64,000 bases of DNA from Candidatus Methanosuratincola verstraetei (GTDB taxonomy: Archaea > Thermoproteota > Methanomethylicia > Methanomethylicales > Methanomethylicaceae): the NCBI GenBank assembly GCA_049570475.1, contig CP186953.1:768001-832000 (forward strand). Direction: 5' to 3'. Position 1 is the stretch's first letter. Every line of letters begins with the position of its first letter. Shown one piece after another: positions 37,091 through 52,286 of the stretch. The translations under genes and the position numbers were made by a program. The notes beneath the pieces are model-generated. The model did no database searches. It was not told the origin of the DNA and worked only from the letters and a program-made list of their open reading frames with translations.

Positions 37091-37908
37091 AGTACGCTCC
37101 GATCTCCGTGAGGGGTCTGCTTTCTGGGCTTGAGTATTTGCTCTACGTCGAGGAGAGCAATTCGCATCCCGGGATCCTCCACAGGATCGACCCGCTGACA
37201 AGGAACATTTCGCTCATCCTGATTATCTTCGCTTCTCTGCTAACACATTCGATCCTTGCGCTTTCGCTGATGTTGCTACTGGTAGGCGCCTTGGTCCTTA
37301 TTTCTGGAGTGAGTATAAGGAATTACCTTCTCAAGACTTCGTTAATACCTTTGTTCTCATTAATCATTGTCATACCGATCCCGTTAATCACCCCAGGGAC
37401 GTCTCTTTGGTCTGCGAGTTTAGGGTCTTTGTTGTTGACTGTAAGTTATGAGGGGGTGCTGAGAGTTGCTGAGTTCGTACTGAGGGTGTGGTTATGTGTG
37501 GGTGTGGCGGTTCTGATCACCATGGTCGGGGGCATAAACGGTTTGCTCTCGTTTTTGGGTGCCATTCGGCTGCCTGGCTTGTTTACACAAACGCTGGCGC
37601 TAACATACCGATACATCTTCCTCTCCATAGACGAGTCCATGCGAATGCTTCTGGCTAGGGACGCAAGGACCTTCAAAAAGCGGAATCGTCTTAGTTTGGA
37701 GGATCTCAGAGGGATCTCTGGGGTCATAACCGCCCTGCTAGTTAGGGTTCATGAACGTTCCGATCGGGTCTATCTTGCAATGCGTGCCAGGGGCTTTTCA
37801 ACCTCATCCAGGGCAAGCCCATGCAGATGGAGACCAAACTTTTCAGACATAGCTTTTTTAGCACTGCTTTCCTCTCTTCTACTGCTAATCCTTACTATTC
37901 GGGTGTAA
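37087..37908 (+). CDS. nikQ: ECF transporter T component NikQ/CbiQ
   Basis: LHRIDP, LTYRYIF, VYLAMRARGF. Confidence 0.92.
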   Translation: MKYAPISVRGLLSGLEYLLYVEESNSHPGILHRIDPLTRNISLILIIFASLLTHSILALSLMLLLVGALVLISGVSIRNYLLKTSLIPLFSLIIVIPIPLITPGTSLWSASLGSLLLTVSYEGVLRVAEFVLRVWLCVGVAVLITMVGGINGLLSFLGAIRLPGLFTQTLALTYRYIFLSIDESMRMLLARDARTFKKRNRLSLEDLRGISGVITALLVRVHERSDRVYLAMRARGFSTSSRASPCRWRPNFSDIAFLALLSSLLLLILTIRV

Positions 37909-37911
37909 TGC

Positions 37912-38760
37912 TTGCAAGAAACTATCGTCAATGTTGAAGGGGTCAACTACAGATATTCTGCAAACCTAGAGGCGATCAGGGACGTTTCCTTCAAAGTCAA
38001 GAAAGGAGAGCGCGTCGGGATCCTTGGTCCTAATGGAGCCGGCAAGTCCACACTCGCAATGCTCCTCGCTGGTCTGTTTGTTCCGGCTTCTGGTGATGTG
38101 CAAGTCTTCGGCGTCTCGACAAGATCAAAAGAGTTTGAGCGCCTGAGATCGAAGATCGGCATAGTGTTCCAGGATCCAGAAGATCAACTATTCAACAATA
38201 CGGTGCTAGAGGACGTTTCATATTCACTCAGGAATCTTGGGGTCGACAAGGACTCAGCAAACAGGCGTTCCCTGGAAACCCTTGAGATGCTCGGGGTTTC
38301 CCACTTGAAGAATCGCTCTCCCTACCGCCTCAGCTACGGCGAGAAAAAGCGCGTCTCCTTAGCGACTGCGCTGGTGAACTCCCCTGATTTGCTCATACTT
38401 GACGAGCCGACAGCCAACCTCGACCTAAAATCGAGGAGAGGCCTTGTCCAACTCATCACGCTCTTGAACAAACAGGGTATGACCATTATAGTTTCCACGC
38501 ATGATGTCGAGGCGCTCCCTGAGCTTGTTGAAAGGGTCTTGATAATTGAAAATGGAAAAGTGATCTCAGAGGGACCTGTCAAGTCGATAATAACCAATGA
38601 GCCGCTCCTGAGCAAGGCCTCACTGGAGCCTCCTGCGATCTCGCGCCTATTCATGAAGCTGAAGGCAAGGGGTTTGGTCGATGAGATCCCATCCAGCCTC
38701 GAAGAGGCTTTTTTGATTTTGGAAAAAGCACTCTCGAAGAAAAACGGATCTTGCACTTAA
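37912..38760 (+). CDS. nikO: ECF transporter ATPase NikO/CbiO
   Basis: GPNGAGKST, FQDPEDQLF, LSYGEKKR, LDEPT. Confidence 0.93.
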   Translation: MQETIVNVEGVNYRYSANLEAIRDVSFKVKKGERVGILGPNGAGKSTLAMLLAGLFVPASGDVQVFGVSTRSKEFERLRSKIGIVFQDPEDQLFNNTVLEDVSYSLRNLGVDKDSANRRSLETLEMLGVSHLKNRSPYRLSYGEKKRVSLATALVNSPDLLILDEPTANLDLKSRRGLVQLITLLNKQGMTIIVSTHDVEALPELVERVLIIENGKVISEGPVKSIITNEPLLSKASLEPPAISRLFMKLKARGLVDEIPSSLEEAFLILEKALSKKNGSCT

Positions 38761-38815
38761 AATAAGTTTCTCATATAAAACATTAAAAAATTATATTTTA
38801 ATGATAGAAACCTGA

Positions 38816-40342
38816 TTAACCGTAAATGGTCCTGTATTTGCCTTCGAGATAGTCTGCAAAATGGTTCGGGTTTATGCTTTCACCGGTTACCTTCACTAGG
38901 AGCTCCATGGGGTCGTAGAGGTTTCCTGCCCTGTGGATGTTTTTGGTCAACCATTGCCTTGTTGGCTCGAAGTTGCCCTTCTCTATCTCCGTCCAGCAGT
39001 CCTCCACCTCTTTCTCGAGTTTGTTTAGTATTTGAGCACAGTAGATATTGCCTAGGGCATACGATGGGAAGTACCCGAAGTATCCGTGTGCCCAATGGAC
39101 ATCCTGGAGGACTCCTTCGGCATCATTTTGGATCTCTACGCCTAGGTACTTCGAGTATTTTTCGTTCCAGACCTGGGGGAGATCTTTAACGTCCACTTTC
39201 CCTGAGAACAATGCACTCTCGATCTCGAACCTTGTTATTATGTGGAGCGCATAGGTGGCTTCATCAGCCTCAATACGGATCTTCGATGGCTTGACGCTGT
39301 TTACTGCTCTAAGCGCCTCCGCCATGTCGATGTCTGAAAACTGCCCTGAAGTCAACTTGTTTATTATTGGGAGGAAGTATGTCCAGAAATACTTGGATCT
39401 TCCTACCACGTTCTCCACAAATCGAGACTGCGATTCATGGAAGCCGAATGAGCAGGCCGTGCCGACGGGCTGGTACTTCCAGCTTGGATCCAAGTTCAGC
39501 TCGTACAGCGCATGCCCCCCTTCGTGGAGCACCGAGAAAAGTGAGGACATGAAGTTGTCTTCATAATAGTGGGTCGTTATCCTAACATCGTCGTAATATC
39601 CAATGGTGAAAGGATGCTCAGTAGGGTCGATCCTCCCCCTGGCGCTATTTCCGCTAATGTCGTAGTTTATGAATTCAGCCACTTTTTTCGCGATCTCGAC
39701 TTGCATGTTCTGTGGCACAGGCCTTTTCAACCAATCCGCGTTCGGCTGGGAAGATGAATACTTTGATATTATCGGTATGAGCCTGCTTTTCAATTGGTCA
39801 AAAGTGTTTCTGATTGCTTCCTCAGAGACTTTGGGTTCGAAGAAGTCGACAAGCGCGTCATAAAGAGTCTTTACACCCTTCACTTCCGATAGTATCTCTG
39901 CGGCCTGTTTTTTCAGCTCAAACATCTTATTGAGCTCTGGCTCAAAGATCTTAAAGTCCTTGGCGGTCTTTGCATCCCTCCATTGCTTATAGCAGGCTAT
40001 GGCCTGCCTTTCTGTCTCCGTTACCAACTCTTCTGGGAGCCTTGTATTTTCGTCATATTGCTTCCTTATCAGGTACACGTTTCGCTTCTGAACTTGGTCT
40101 AGGGATTCATATCCTTGGCTTTTCTCTATCTTATCCAATAGTTCGCCTATCTCCCTGTCTGTGATCATGCTGTGCTCTATCTTAGAAAGTAGTGCCAACT
40201 GCTGTCCGCGTAGATCAAATGCGCATGGGGGCATCATTGTCTCCGTGTCCCATTGGAGAACCCCCTTTGCAGAAGCCAGAACCGCCAGATCCCTGTACTT
40301 CAAAAGAAGTCTTTCATAAGCTTCCAATACAGACATTCCCAT
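38816..40342 (-). CDS. Thermostable carboxypeptidase, M32 family
   Basis: HPF, DVRITT, HEGGH, HESQS, IRIEADE, QDVHW, GYFPSY. Confidence 0.95.
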   Translation of the reverse strand: MGMSVLEAYERLLLKYRDLAVLASAKGVLQWDTETMMPPCAFDLRGQQLALLSKIEHSMITDREIGELLDKIEKSQGYESLDQVQKRNVYLIRKQYDENTRLPEELVTETERQAIACYKQWRDAKTAKDFKIFEPELNKMFELKKQAAEILSEVKGVKTLYDALVDFFEPKVSEEAIRNTFDQLKSRLIPIISKYSSSQPNADWLKRPVPQNMQVEIAKKVAEFINYDISGNSARGRIDPTEHPFTIGYYDDVRITTHYYEDNFMSSLFSVLHEGGHALYELNLDPSWKYQPVGTACSFGFHESQSRFVENVVGRSKYFWTYFLPIINKLTSGQFSDIDMAEALRAVNSVKPSKIRIEADEATYALHIITRFEIESALFSGKVDVKDLPQVWNEKYSKYLGVEIQNDAEGVLQDVHWAHGYFGYFPSYALGNIYCAQILNKLEKEVEDCWTEIEKGNFEPTRQWLTKNIHRAGNLYDPMELLVKVTGESINPNHFADYLEGKYRTIYG

Positions 40343-40559
40343 AAATCCAATCCACTTCCGCTTAATTTCTGCTTCTATTATTTTAGTGCGAGTTTTAATA
40401 TATGCTGAGGGTCCGATCTCTAAAACAAGCCGCTTTATTTCTGTCAGCCGCCGGATCAGTAAATTAAAACTTTGGCAAATAAACAAAAATAAGATTAGAA
40501 AATATTGGCTCACCACACACAGGTTCCAGTTTTCCAGTTTCACCCAGGTTTAGCAGTCC

Positions 40560-43635
<3,076 letters not shown>

Positions 43636-43818
43636 GGTTTCTACTAAACCTAGTCTGGTGCCGGAAACACTGGAACCTATGCATGGCGTTCATCGTAAGT
43701 CCGGTGCCCTCGCACCTTTCCTACTACGCCCTTCACTATGGAGTTTCCTCCATAGTTGCATCTATGATTTGGACTCGACATTACTTTCATGTATGGTTGG
43801 GGTTAGCGGGTCTTTCTT

Positions 43819-45317
<1,499 letters not shown>

Positions 45318-45340
45318 AACGTCCGCAAGGCCCGTTATTA

Positions 45341-45375
45341 CCCCAACCATATTTCATGGTTGTTTGTCGAGTCCA
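45341..45375 (-). other. 5' arm of the 16S pre-rRNA processing stem, pairing with 43770-43802
   Basis: CCCCAACCAT...TGTCGAGTCCA is inverted relative to TGGACTCGACA...ATGGTTGGGG, with a central bulged region. Confidence 0.8.
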
Positions 45376-45780
45376 TTGTAAGACCTAAATCGTCCCAGCG
45401 GCGTTGGCACGCTGGCGTTATTCAGGTCCCCATCACTATAACCGCGACCGGAGAGCGATCAATCACCCCTCGGGCTGGGCCCGTCAGGTCATGATCAGCG
45501 CCGCCGATAGGTCGCGGTTGACGTTGATCACAGTTCGTGCACCCACCTACTTACCACGCCTAAATATATTTGTTGCGCCTTGAACTTTCAATAGCTCGTT
45601 GTTTCTTCAAGCAGTATTGTTGTCATTGGCATTGTCTATTGCTTACATTTTGATCCCACAATAAATGCCGTCTCTAAATAAAAAACATCATCAGACCCAC
45701 TTTTATGGAAATATCGTGATAGCAAAATGCGAATAAACAGCGCTAGTATAGATAGCTTTGTAGCTGGAATGGTGGAATAT

Positions 45781-46122
45781 ATGTCTCAAGAGATCAAGGC
45801 ACAGAAAGGAGATTTGGTAAGGGTGCATTATGTCGGAAAATTCCAAGGAGGCAGGGTTTTTGATACCTCAATGGAAAAGGAGGCAATCAAAGCAGGGATT
45901 TACAACCCATCCAGAGATTACAAACCTTTGTCTGTAATAATCGGGAAGGGACAAGTTATACCTGGCTTCGAAGAGGCTTTAATTGGCATGAGGTTAAACG
46001 AGGAAAAGGAAGTAATCATCCCCCCTTCCAAGGGATACGGCGCCAAGGGTAACCATCCGCTGGCCGGAAAGACCTTGGTTTTCAGGATCAAAATGGTTGA
46101 AATTAAGAGGGAAAAAGTCTGA
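45781..46122 (+). CDS. FKBP-type peptidyl-prolyl isomerase (short)
   Basis: GDLVRVHYVG, VFDTS, GQVIPGFEEAL, HPLAGKTLVF. Confidence 0.93.
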   Translation: MSQEIKAQKGDLVRVHYVGKFQGGRVFDTSMEKEAIKAGIYNPSRDYKPLSVIIGKGQVIPGFEEALIGMRLNEEKEVIIPPSKGYGAKGNHPLAGKTLVFRIKMVEIKREKV

Positions 46123-46125
46123 AAG

Positions 46126-46200
46126 TGGGCCCGGAGGGATTTGAACCCTCGACCACTCGATTATCAGTCGAGTGCTCATACCAAGCTGAGCTACGAGCCC
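46126..46200 (-). tRNA. tRNA-Ile(GAT)
   Basis: GGGCTCG/CGGGCCC acceptor, CTCGA-CTGATAA-TCGAG arm; CCA not encoded. Confidence 0.95.
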
Positions 46201-46281
46201 CCGCTGAAAAAGTAAGGTCTTACAAATTTATCTTTTTCCATCCAACAAAGTTTAAATTTCGCCAAAGATTGTGTTCTCCGA

Positions 46282-46356
46282 GGGCTGGTAGATTAGCGGC
46301 AGATCACCTGCCTCGCACGCAGGGGGTCGTGGGTTCAAATCCCACCCAGTCCACCA
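46282..46356 (+). tRNA. tRNA-Ala(CGC)
   Basis: G3-U70 pair, CCTGC-CTCGCAC-GCAGG arm, encoded CCA. Confidence 0.95.
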
Positions 46357-46391
46357 GATCATTTAGTGCACGTGCTGCGCAAATTAAAAAA

Positions 46392-47087
46392 TTATTGAAG
46401 ATCCTTGCAAACCACCAGGTTCTTGGGGGCGAGTGCAAAATCCTTCGATTTCATGTACCAGAGACCATTTGCCTCACTGATTCCAGACCAACTCACGATA
46501 ATTTTCTTTATGAATTCGTCAGAATCTACAACAAAAGTATGGTATTCCCCATCCTCGCCACAAGCATCAAATCCACCTTTTTCACCCATTGCCAAAAGCT
46601 CTTCTATGCAATCTGAATCTAGGGACCTCCCAACCCACTCTGGTCCGAACCATTCCTTTGACACACAGGTGATTATCGCAGAAACATTATACTTCAGAAG
46701 GTCCTTGAGGTGTTGCTTCCTGTCAATCCCAAAAAGTGGTTTTATCAATTTCAATCCGATATCGCAACAGACTTCTTCCATCCAATTTTCATGGTTGTTG
46801 TCAGGTGTCCCTATATCGCCAGTTATAGCACACTCTATTTCAAGAGATTCCAGCAATTCCCTTAATGCATTCTTGTACCCATTGAAATAGGGCTCTTTGA
46901 CCCTCCGCACTAAGCCTGGCAATCTGAGGGCTCGGGACTGTAGCATAATCCCTCTCAGGTCATGGCATTTGAATGGGGCATCCCCTGCGAATGTTGCCAA
47001 GCAGATTATTTCATGGTCTTGCTGCTTCGCTTGCCTGTAGGCCATATACGAATCTTTTCCACCGGACCAAAGCAAAACCGCCTTCAT
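46392..47087 (-). CDS. Diphthine-ammonia ligase-like PP-loop ATPase
   Basis: LWSGGKDS PP-loop, TGDI, DACGEDGEYHTFV. Confidence 0.88.
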   Translation of the reverse strand: MKAVLLWSGGKDSYMAYRQAKQQDHEIICLATFAGDAPFKCHDLRGIMLQSRALRLPGLVRRVKEPYFNGYKNALRELLESLEIECAITGDIGTPDNNHENWMEEVCCDIGLKLIKPLFGIDRKQHLKDLLKYNVSAIITCVSKEWFGPEWVGRSLDSDCIEELLAMGEKGGFDACGEDGEYHTFVVDSDEFIKKIIVSWSGISEANGLWYMKSKDFALAPKNLVVCKDLQ

Positions 47088-48025
47088 AGAGGCACCCATT
47101 TCAAAATCAATTTTGACTTGCCATTTTATGCTCTATCATGAAACTAAAAAAGATATAATCGATGTGGTGCATGCCATTAGCATATTTCTACTGATGGGGA
47201 TAATATGGGAGTTATCAGCAGAATATTATTTTTGGCATGCACCTTCACGAAGGATTAATGCTTTAGTATATTAAGATTTCTATAGGTTGGTTATGGCTTT
47301 TTATAAAAAAAGTCAACTGTACCAAACATTATTCAATCTTTAATCCATATTTGGCAGCAAACTAAACAAAGATATATTTTATTTTTTGAAAATAATCATG
47401 GAAGATGATGGTGTATTACATTTCTCTGACAGCATCAAGAACAGACGACGCACCACCTCACCGTCCATAACCTGATTGTTTGCTTAAAACCATCTGTCAA
47501 AATGCCTAATACGTGCTGATTTGTTAGGCAATAAAAGTCCTAAACGCCTCCATATGGTAATATTTTGTGCGAATGATCTCGATCTGCACCTCATTTCGTA
47601 GGCATTCATTTGCTGATCCTGGCCGAGTTGAACTTTTTTGGCAAGTAATGCGCAGATACACTCACATCGTTAAATTGAACGAACCCAACCCTTCTTAATG
47701 CCCAGATATTTTCTAATCCGGAAGCTAGGCCTCTGATCTTATTGTACGAAGGGCTTTTAGTAACTAAACTAACCATGCAGGCTCACGCTGTAAGTCGTCC
47801 TGCCATTCCATTTTGGAAATTGTCGGATTCCTACTGTTGTCTTCGAGGGCACTGTTAAACGCCTCGCCCAACATGTCGTTAGCAATGCCAGTCGGACCCA
47901 CCCCCGCGGTAATCCGCTCTTGGGGATGCTGGTGAAATCGAAACTGAGTTAAACATTAAAAGCTATTGTTATTTGATTACAGACAACAAGAGGGGTATTC
48001 CTTGAGCGGCGGAGAAATTGACGAA

Positions 48026-48826
48026 ATGGTCATCAGGGCCAAATTGGGAAAATCAAAATTGATAGTAGTGAAGGTAGGCGCATCATCGCTCTCAGACGAA
48101 AACGGCAAGATTGATTTTGAAAAGATCAATTCCATATGCGTTGAAATCTCAAATTTGAGAAGAAGGGGAATCGATGTAGTCCTGGTTTCTTCTGGTGCGA
48201 TCAAAGCAGGGAAAGCCATAATTTCAGACTCCTTGAAGAACAATGAGATCTCTTCCCTACAGGCTTTTGCTGCCGTCGGACAGGTGCTTTTGATGGAATC
48301 ATATAGGGATCTCATGGCTGCAAAAGGTTACAAGGTTGCCCAGATATTGTTGACTTGGGACGATTTCAGAAGTAAAACGCGGCTAAAGAACCTAGTCAAC
48401 ACAATCCAGACTCTCCTCTCCCTTGGTGTCTTGCCTATAATAAACGAAAATGACACGATCGCAGTAGAGGAGATCAAATTCGGTGACAATGACACTTTGT
48501 CAGCACTCGTAGCGACCCATTTGAATTCCGACCTTTTAGTGATCCTCTCCGATATCGCCGGTCTCTACTCCGGAGACCCGAGCCTGCCTTCATCAAAACT
48601 AATTTCATTTGTGCCTGAAGTTACCCAGGAAGTAGAGGATCTAGCCTCATCAAAACACAAGGGATTTGGTGGGATGAAAACAAAACTAAAAGCAGCGAAA
48701 ATGGTAAACTCCTTCGGAATCCCGATGGTGATTGCTAATGGGGGGGAGTTCGGGATACTGGAGCGTATTATCAATGGCGAGCGTGTAGGCACTTTGATTG
48801 GGTCGAGGGTCAAAAATGAAAAATGA
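48026..48826 (+). CDS. proB: Glutamate 5-kinase (no PUA domain)
   Basis: IVVKVG, VSSGAI, AAVGQ, PIINEND, FGDNDTLSA, GGMKTKL. Confidence 0.95.
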   Translation: MVIRAKLGKSKLIVVKVGASSLSDENGKIDFEKINSICVEISNLRRRGIDVVLVSSGAIKAGKAIISDSLKNNEISSLQAFAAVGQVLLMESYRDLMAAKGYKVAQILLTWDDFRSKTRLKNLVNTIQTLLSLGVLPIINENDTIAVEEIKFGDNDTLSALVATHLNSDLLVILSDIAGLYSGDPSLPSSKLISFVPEVTQEVEDLASSKHKGFGGMKTKLKAAKMVNSFGIPMVIANGGEFGILERIINGERVGTLIGSRVKNEK

Positions 48827-50156
48827 TCTCTTCGAAATGGTAAAGCAGGCCAAGGCTGCATCTTTGATCTTGGGGCAGACCGCCCCCGAGATCAAAAACA
48901 AGGCCCTTGTACTGGCTTCTGAATCAATATTGAAAAGGAAGAACGAAATACTATCATCGAATAAAAAGGACATAGAAAACGCCAAAGTGCTTCTCGAAAA
49001 AGGGGAGATATCTAAATCAATAATTGACAGACTAAAATTAGACGAGCCAAAGATCGAAGAGATCTCTAAGATGATCTCAAGCGTGGCAAAACTCAGGGAT
49101 CCTGTTGGTCATGTTTTGTATTCTATTAAACTGGATGAACGCCTCGAGCTCTTCAAGGTCACCGTTCCTTTTGGGGTGGTGGTCTCAATATTTGAAAGCC
49201 GCCCTGATGCATTGCCACAAATCTCGTCCTTGTGCTTAAAATCAGGAAATTCCGTTATTCTCAAAGGCGGGGTTGAGGCTCTTGAATCTAACAGAAAGAT
49301 TTTTGAGATCATTTCCGAATCATTTGTGGCCTCAGGTCTACCCGAAGGTTGTTTGCAGCTAGTCGAGGGCCGCGCGGCAATAAAGACTCTGCTTAAAATG
49401 GACGACATGATCGATCTGATTGTCCCTCGTGGAAGCAATGAGTTCGTAAGGTACATACAAGAAAACACGCGCATCCCTGTTCTTGGGCACTCATCTGGCA
49501 TTTGTCATATCTTTGTAGATTCTGATGCTGACGTGCAGAAAGCTGTAAAGATTTGCGTCGACGCTCGCGTCCAATACCCTGCAGCCTGCAATTCAATGAA
49601 AATCCTTCTAGTGGACTCACACATTGCGCATATTTTCATCCCTTTAGTCGCTAAGGAGCTGATCGAAAAGGGGGTGCGAATAAAGGGCTGCCCCACAGCC
49701 TTCTCTATACTGTCAGCCCATGGGCTAAAAGCAGAGGCTGCTGACGAGAATGACTGGAGGACGGAATACCTCGACTTGACTCTTCCAATAAAGGTAGTTA
49801 GAGATCTTGACGAGGCAATTGCCCACATAAACAACTATGGATCAAAACATACCGATGCAATAATTACAGAGAATATGGTAAAAGCCAAAAAATTCATCAG
49901 ATCGGTCGACTCGTCATCAGTATTTCATAATGCCTCCACAAGGTTCAGCGACGGTTATAGGTATGGTTTGGGAGCAGAAGTGGGAATCAGCACAAACAAA
50001 ATCCACGCGAGGGGTCCTGTTGGTCTGGAAGGATTGGTCACCACAAAATACATACTTATTGGCGACGGTCATGTTGTTTCTGACTATGTAGGGAAAGGGG
50101 CAAAGCCATTCCTGCATAAGGGAATTGACCGTGATTGGGAGGCTCGGTTGAAATGA
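48816..50156 (+). CDS. proA: Gamma-glutamyl phosphate reductase
   Basis: FESRP, LKSGN, IVPRGS, AACN, HNASTRFSDG, EVGIST.KIHARGPVGL. Confidence 0.96.
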   Translation: MKNDLFEMVKQAKAASLILGQTAPEIKNKALVLASESILKRKNEILSSNKKDIENAKVLLEKGEISKSIIDRLKLDEPKIEEISKMISSVAKLRDPVGHVLYSIKLDERLELFKVTVPFGVVVSIFESRPDALPQISSLCLKSGNSVILKGGVEALESNRKIFEIISESFVASGLPEGCLQLVEGRAAIKTLLKMDDMIDLIVPRGSNEFVRYIQENTRIPVLGHSSGICHIFVDSDADVQKAVKICVDARVQYPAACNSMKILLVDSHIAHIFIPLVAKELIEKGVRIKGCPTAFSILSAHGLKAEAADENDWRTEYLDLTLPIKVVRDLDEAIAHINNYGSKHTDAIITENMVKAKKFIRSVDSSSVFHNASTRFSDGYRYGLGAEVGISTNKIHARGPVGLEGLVTTKYILIGDGHVVSDYVGKGAKPFLHKGIDRDWEARLK

Positions 50157-50965
50157 TTAGCAAAATCGGATTGATAGGATATGGGAAAATGGGCTCTTCC
50201 CTTGCATTAGGCGGGATCAAATCGGGCGCGATCAGAAAGGAGTCGATGATCGTGTACGATCAAGACCGAGAAAGGACAAATGTCGCCGAAAAATTTGGTT
50301 TGAAAGTGGCCAGCTCATTAGCCGAGATATTCGAGTCTGAAGCCTTGATTTTGGCTGTAAAGCCCAAAGATCTGCCGGCCCTCTTGCAGGATAATCGTAG
50401 CAAAATTGTTGAGAAGTCGCCTCTACTCATATCCATTGTTGCCGGGATCAGGGTGAAACACATGCTCTCATTTCTTGGCAATGCTCCCCTGAGGGTCATC
50501 CGCGTCATGCCAAACATAGCCGCAGCTGTCAATGAAGCGATGTCAGCTTTTTACGCAAACGAGTTTGTAAACAAAGATGATGTTGCTTTTGTGGAATCTC
50601 TTCTATCTAGCGTTGGAAAATCAATTCGCATAGAGAGTGAGGATGAACTGGACACTATAACCGGAATCAGCGGGAGCGGTCCGGCGTATTTCGCCTTGAT
50701 GATGAACATCTTGGAAAAGGTCGCAGTTGATAAGGGCCTGAGCGAAGACATGGCAAGGGTGCTTGCTGCACAAACTTGCCGCGGAGCCGCCACAATGGTT
50801 CTGAGCGGAGGATGCTCTCCCCTAGATCTGATAAAAATGGTCGCCTCCCCTGGCGGCACGACCGAAGAAGCCCTGCGGGTAATGGACGCCAAAGGATTTT
50901 CAGAGATCGTTGGCGAGGCCGTTTCAGCAGCAATCGAGAAATCCCGAAGAATGAATAGACCTTGA
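50153..50965 (+). CDS. proC: Pyrroline-5-carboxylate reductase
   Basis: IGYGKMG, LAVKP, RVMPN, SGSGPAY, VASPGGTT. Confidence 0.96.
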   Translation: MISKIGLIGYGKMGSSLALGGIKSGAIRKESMIVYDQDRERTNVAEKFGLKVASSLAEIFESEALILAVKPKDLPALLQDNRSKIVEKSPLLISIVAGIRVKHMLSFLGNAPLRVIRVMPNIAAAVNEAMSAFYANEFVNKDDVAFVESLLSSVGKSIRIESEDELDTITGISGSGPAYFALMMNILEKVAVDKGLSEDMARVLAAQTCRGAATMVLSGGCSPLDLIKMVASPGGTTEEALRVMDAKGFSEIVGEAVSAAIEKSRRMNRP

Positions 50966-50966
50966 A

Positions 50967-52223
50967 CTACTGCTCCTGTCCTGAAAACCTGAGAATAGCA
51001 ACTACGCCACCAAAGGAATTCATCAGCATTTTCCCCTCATCCGTCTCCGTGGAAACGACTTCAACCTTTGCATTTGTTTTGTCTGCAAGTTCTGCGAGCT
51101 CTTCGATTATGCTTTTTTCTTCTTCGACTTCCATTGTTCCGCCGCACTTTTCACAAATCTCTTTCCTTGACATTGTTGCGATCTGCTGTTTTGTGTAGGT
51201 GACCTCTTTGGTATTGCCGCATGCGATGCACCTTAGTTTAAAGCGCGTAGTCCCAAGGTCGGCTGAAAGAATGAGGGTCTTTACAGCCCCTTTTTCCAGC
51301 TTTTCGCGAACTTCCTTTTCACCATATGTGACTTGCCCGCTGTTCTTGGCAAGTAGGTAAAGGAAATCCTGCACGAGTTTTTTCTCCTTCAGAAATTCTA
51401 CGTTCTTCAGTACATCCTTGGCCTTCTCGACAAGCTCATAAACGCCTGGCTCTTCGGTGTAGCTCAGATCCTCTACCGCAAGCACCTTGTCCTGAAGTTG
51501 ATAGTGCAAAAAGTTCCCTTCGTAGAACTCATTCTTGGTAGGTCCAGGTCCGCCAATTATAATCCCCTTGAGGTTGGGTATTGGTAAGAAGATCTTTTCA
51601 GCGTGTTCTGCGACTCTTTTGTAAAATTCATGCGCTGCAATTTCGACTATTCGCTGAAACCTCCTCGCGGATTGCCCTCCTGCGTCATGCTTGCTCGGGC
51701 TTCCTGAGGTGATCGTTTCTACAATTTCTATTCTTCTACCTTTCAACAGCGCAAAGGTGGCATCGCTCCTGTCCATCACGAGTAATCCGTAGATTTCTTT
51801 CTCAACCAGCATCTCCTTGATTGGGTCAAGGTAAAATTTAGAATCGCACCTGTAAAGGAAAAGGCTTATTGGCTCGGGTGGTTCAATTACGTATGTTTCG
51901 ATCTTTTCGGTCCCAGGTCCACCCCTAGGAATGGCCCCGCTAAATATTACGAGGCCATTTTTCGGAGGGGTTCTGAACAGTTTTAATTTTTGGATTATGC
52001 TCTCTATCGCATCCTGAACATTTTTTCGAGTAGACTTAGATTTTATGTTAGCTGAGGTTCCTAGCTCCTCTCTGAGGTTCGACATCGCATCCGATATCTG
52101 CCTATTGGGTGGAATGTACTGCGATATCAGCTCCGTCGCCTTTCCCTCTTTGGACTCCAGCTCCTCTATCAACTTCTTAAGCCTGTAAGTCTCAAGAGAG
52201 CTCCTTTCAGTGCTAGACAACAC
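50967..52223 (-). CDS. prf1: Peptide chain release factor aRF1
   Basis: NIKS, YRCD and GGQSARRF motifs. Confidence 0.97.
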   Translation of the reverse strand: MLSSTERSSLETYRLKKLIEELESKEGKATELISQYIPPNRQISDAMSNLREELGTSANIKSKSTRKNVQDAIESIIQKLKLFRTPPKNGLVIFSGAIPRGGPGTEKIETYVIEPPEPISLFLYRCDSKFYLDPIKEMLVEKEIYGLLVMDRSDATFALLKGRRIEIVETITSGSPSKHDAGGQSARRFQRIVEIAAHEFYKRVAEHAEKIFLPIPNLKGIIIGGPGPTKNEFYEGNFLHYQLQDKVLAVEDLSYTEEPGVYELVEKAKDVLKNVEFLKEKKLVQDFLYLLAKNSGQVTYGEKEVREKLEKGAVKTLILSADLGTTRFKLRCIACGNTKEVTYTKQQIATMSRKEICEKCGGTMEVEEEKSIIEELAELADKTNAKVEVVSTETDEGKMLMNSFGGVVAILRFSGQEQ

Positions 52224-52286
52224 TCGAACCTCGGAATCCGTGAATCCTTCAAACCTTTATATAACTTATACTATTAAGTCTCATCG

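Noticed and set aside
46125-46890. Plus-strand ORFs 46125-46616 and 46405-46890
   Set aside because: They overlap two tRNAs and are antisense to the PP-loop ATPase
47403-47476. Box C/D sRNA-like arrangement (ATGATGG...CTGA...CTGA)
   Set aside because: C box imperfect, spacing too long, no C' box or rRNA-complementary guide identified
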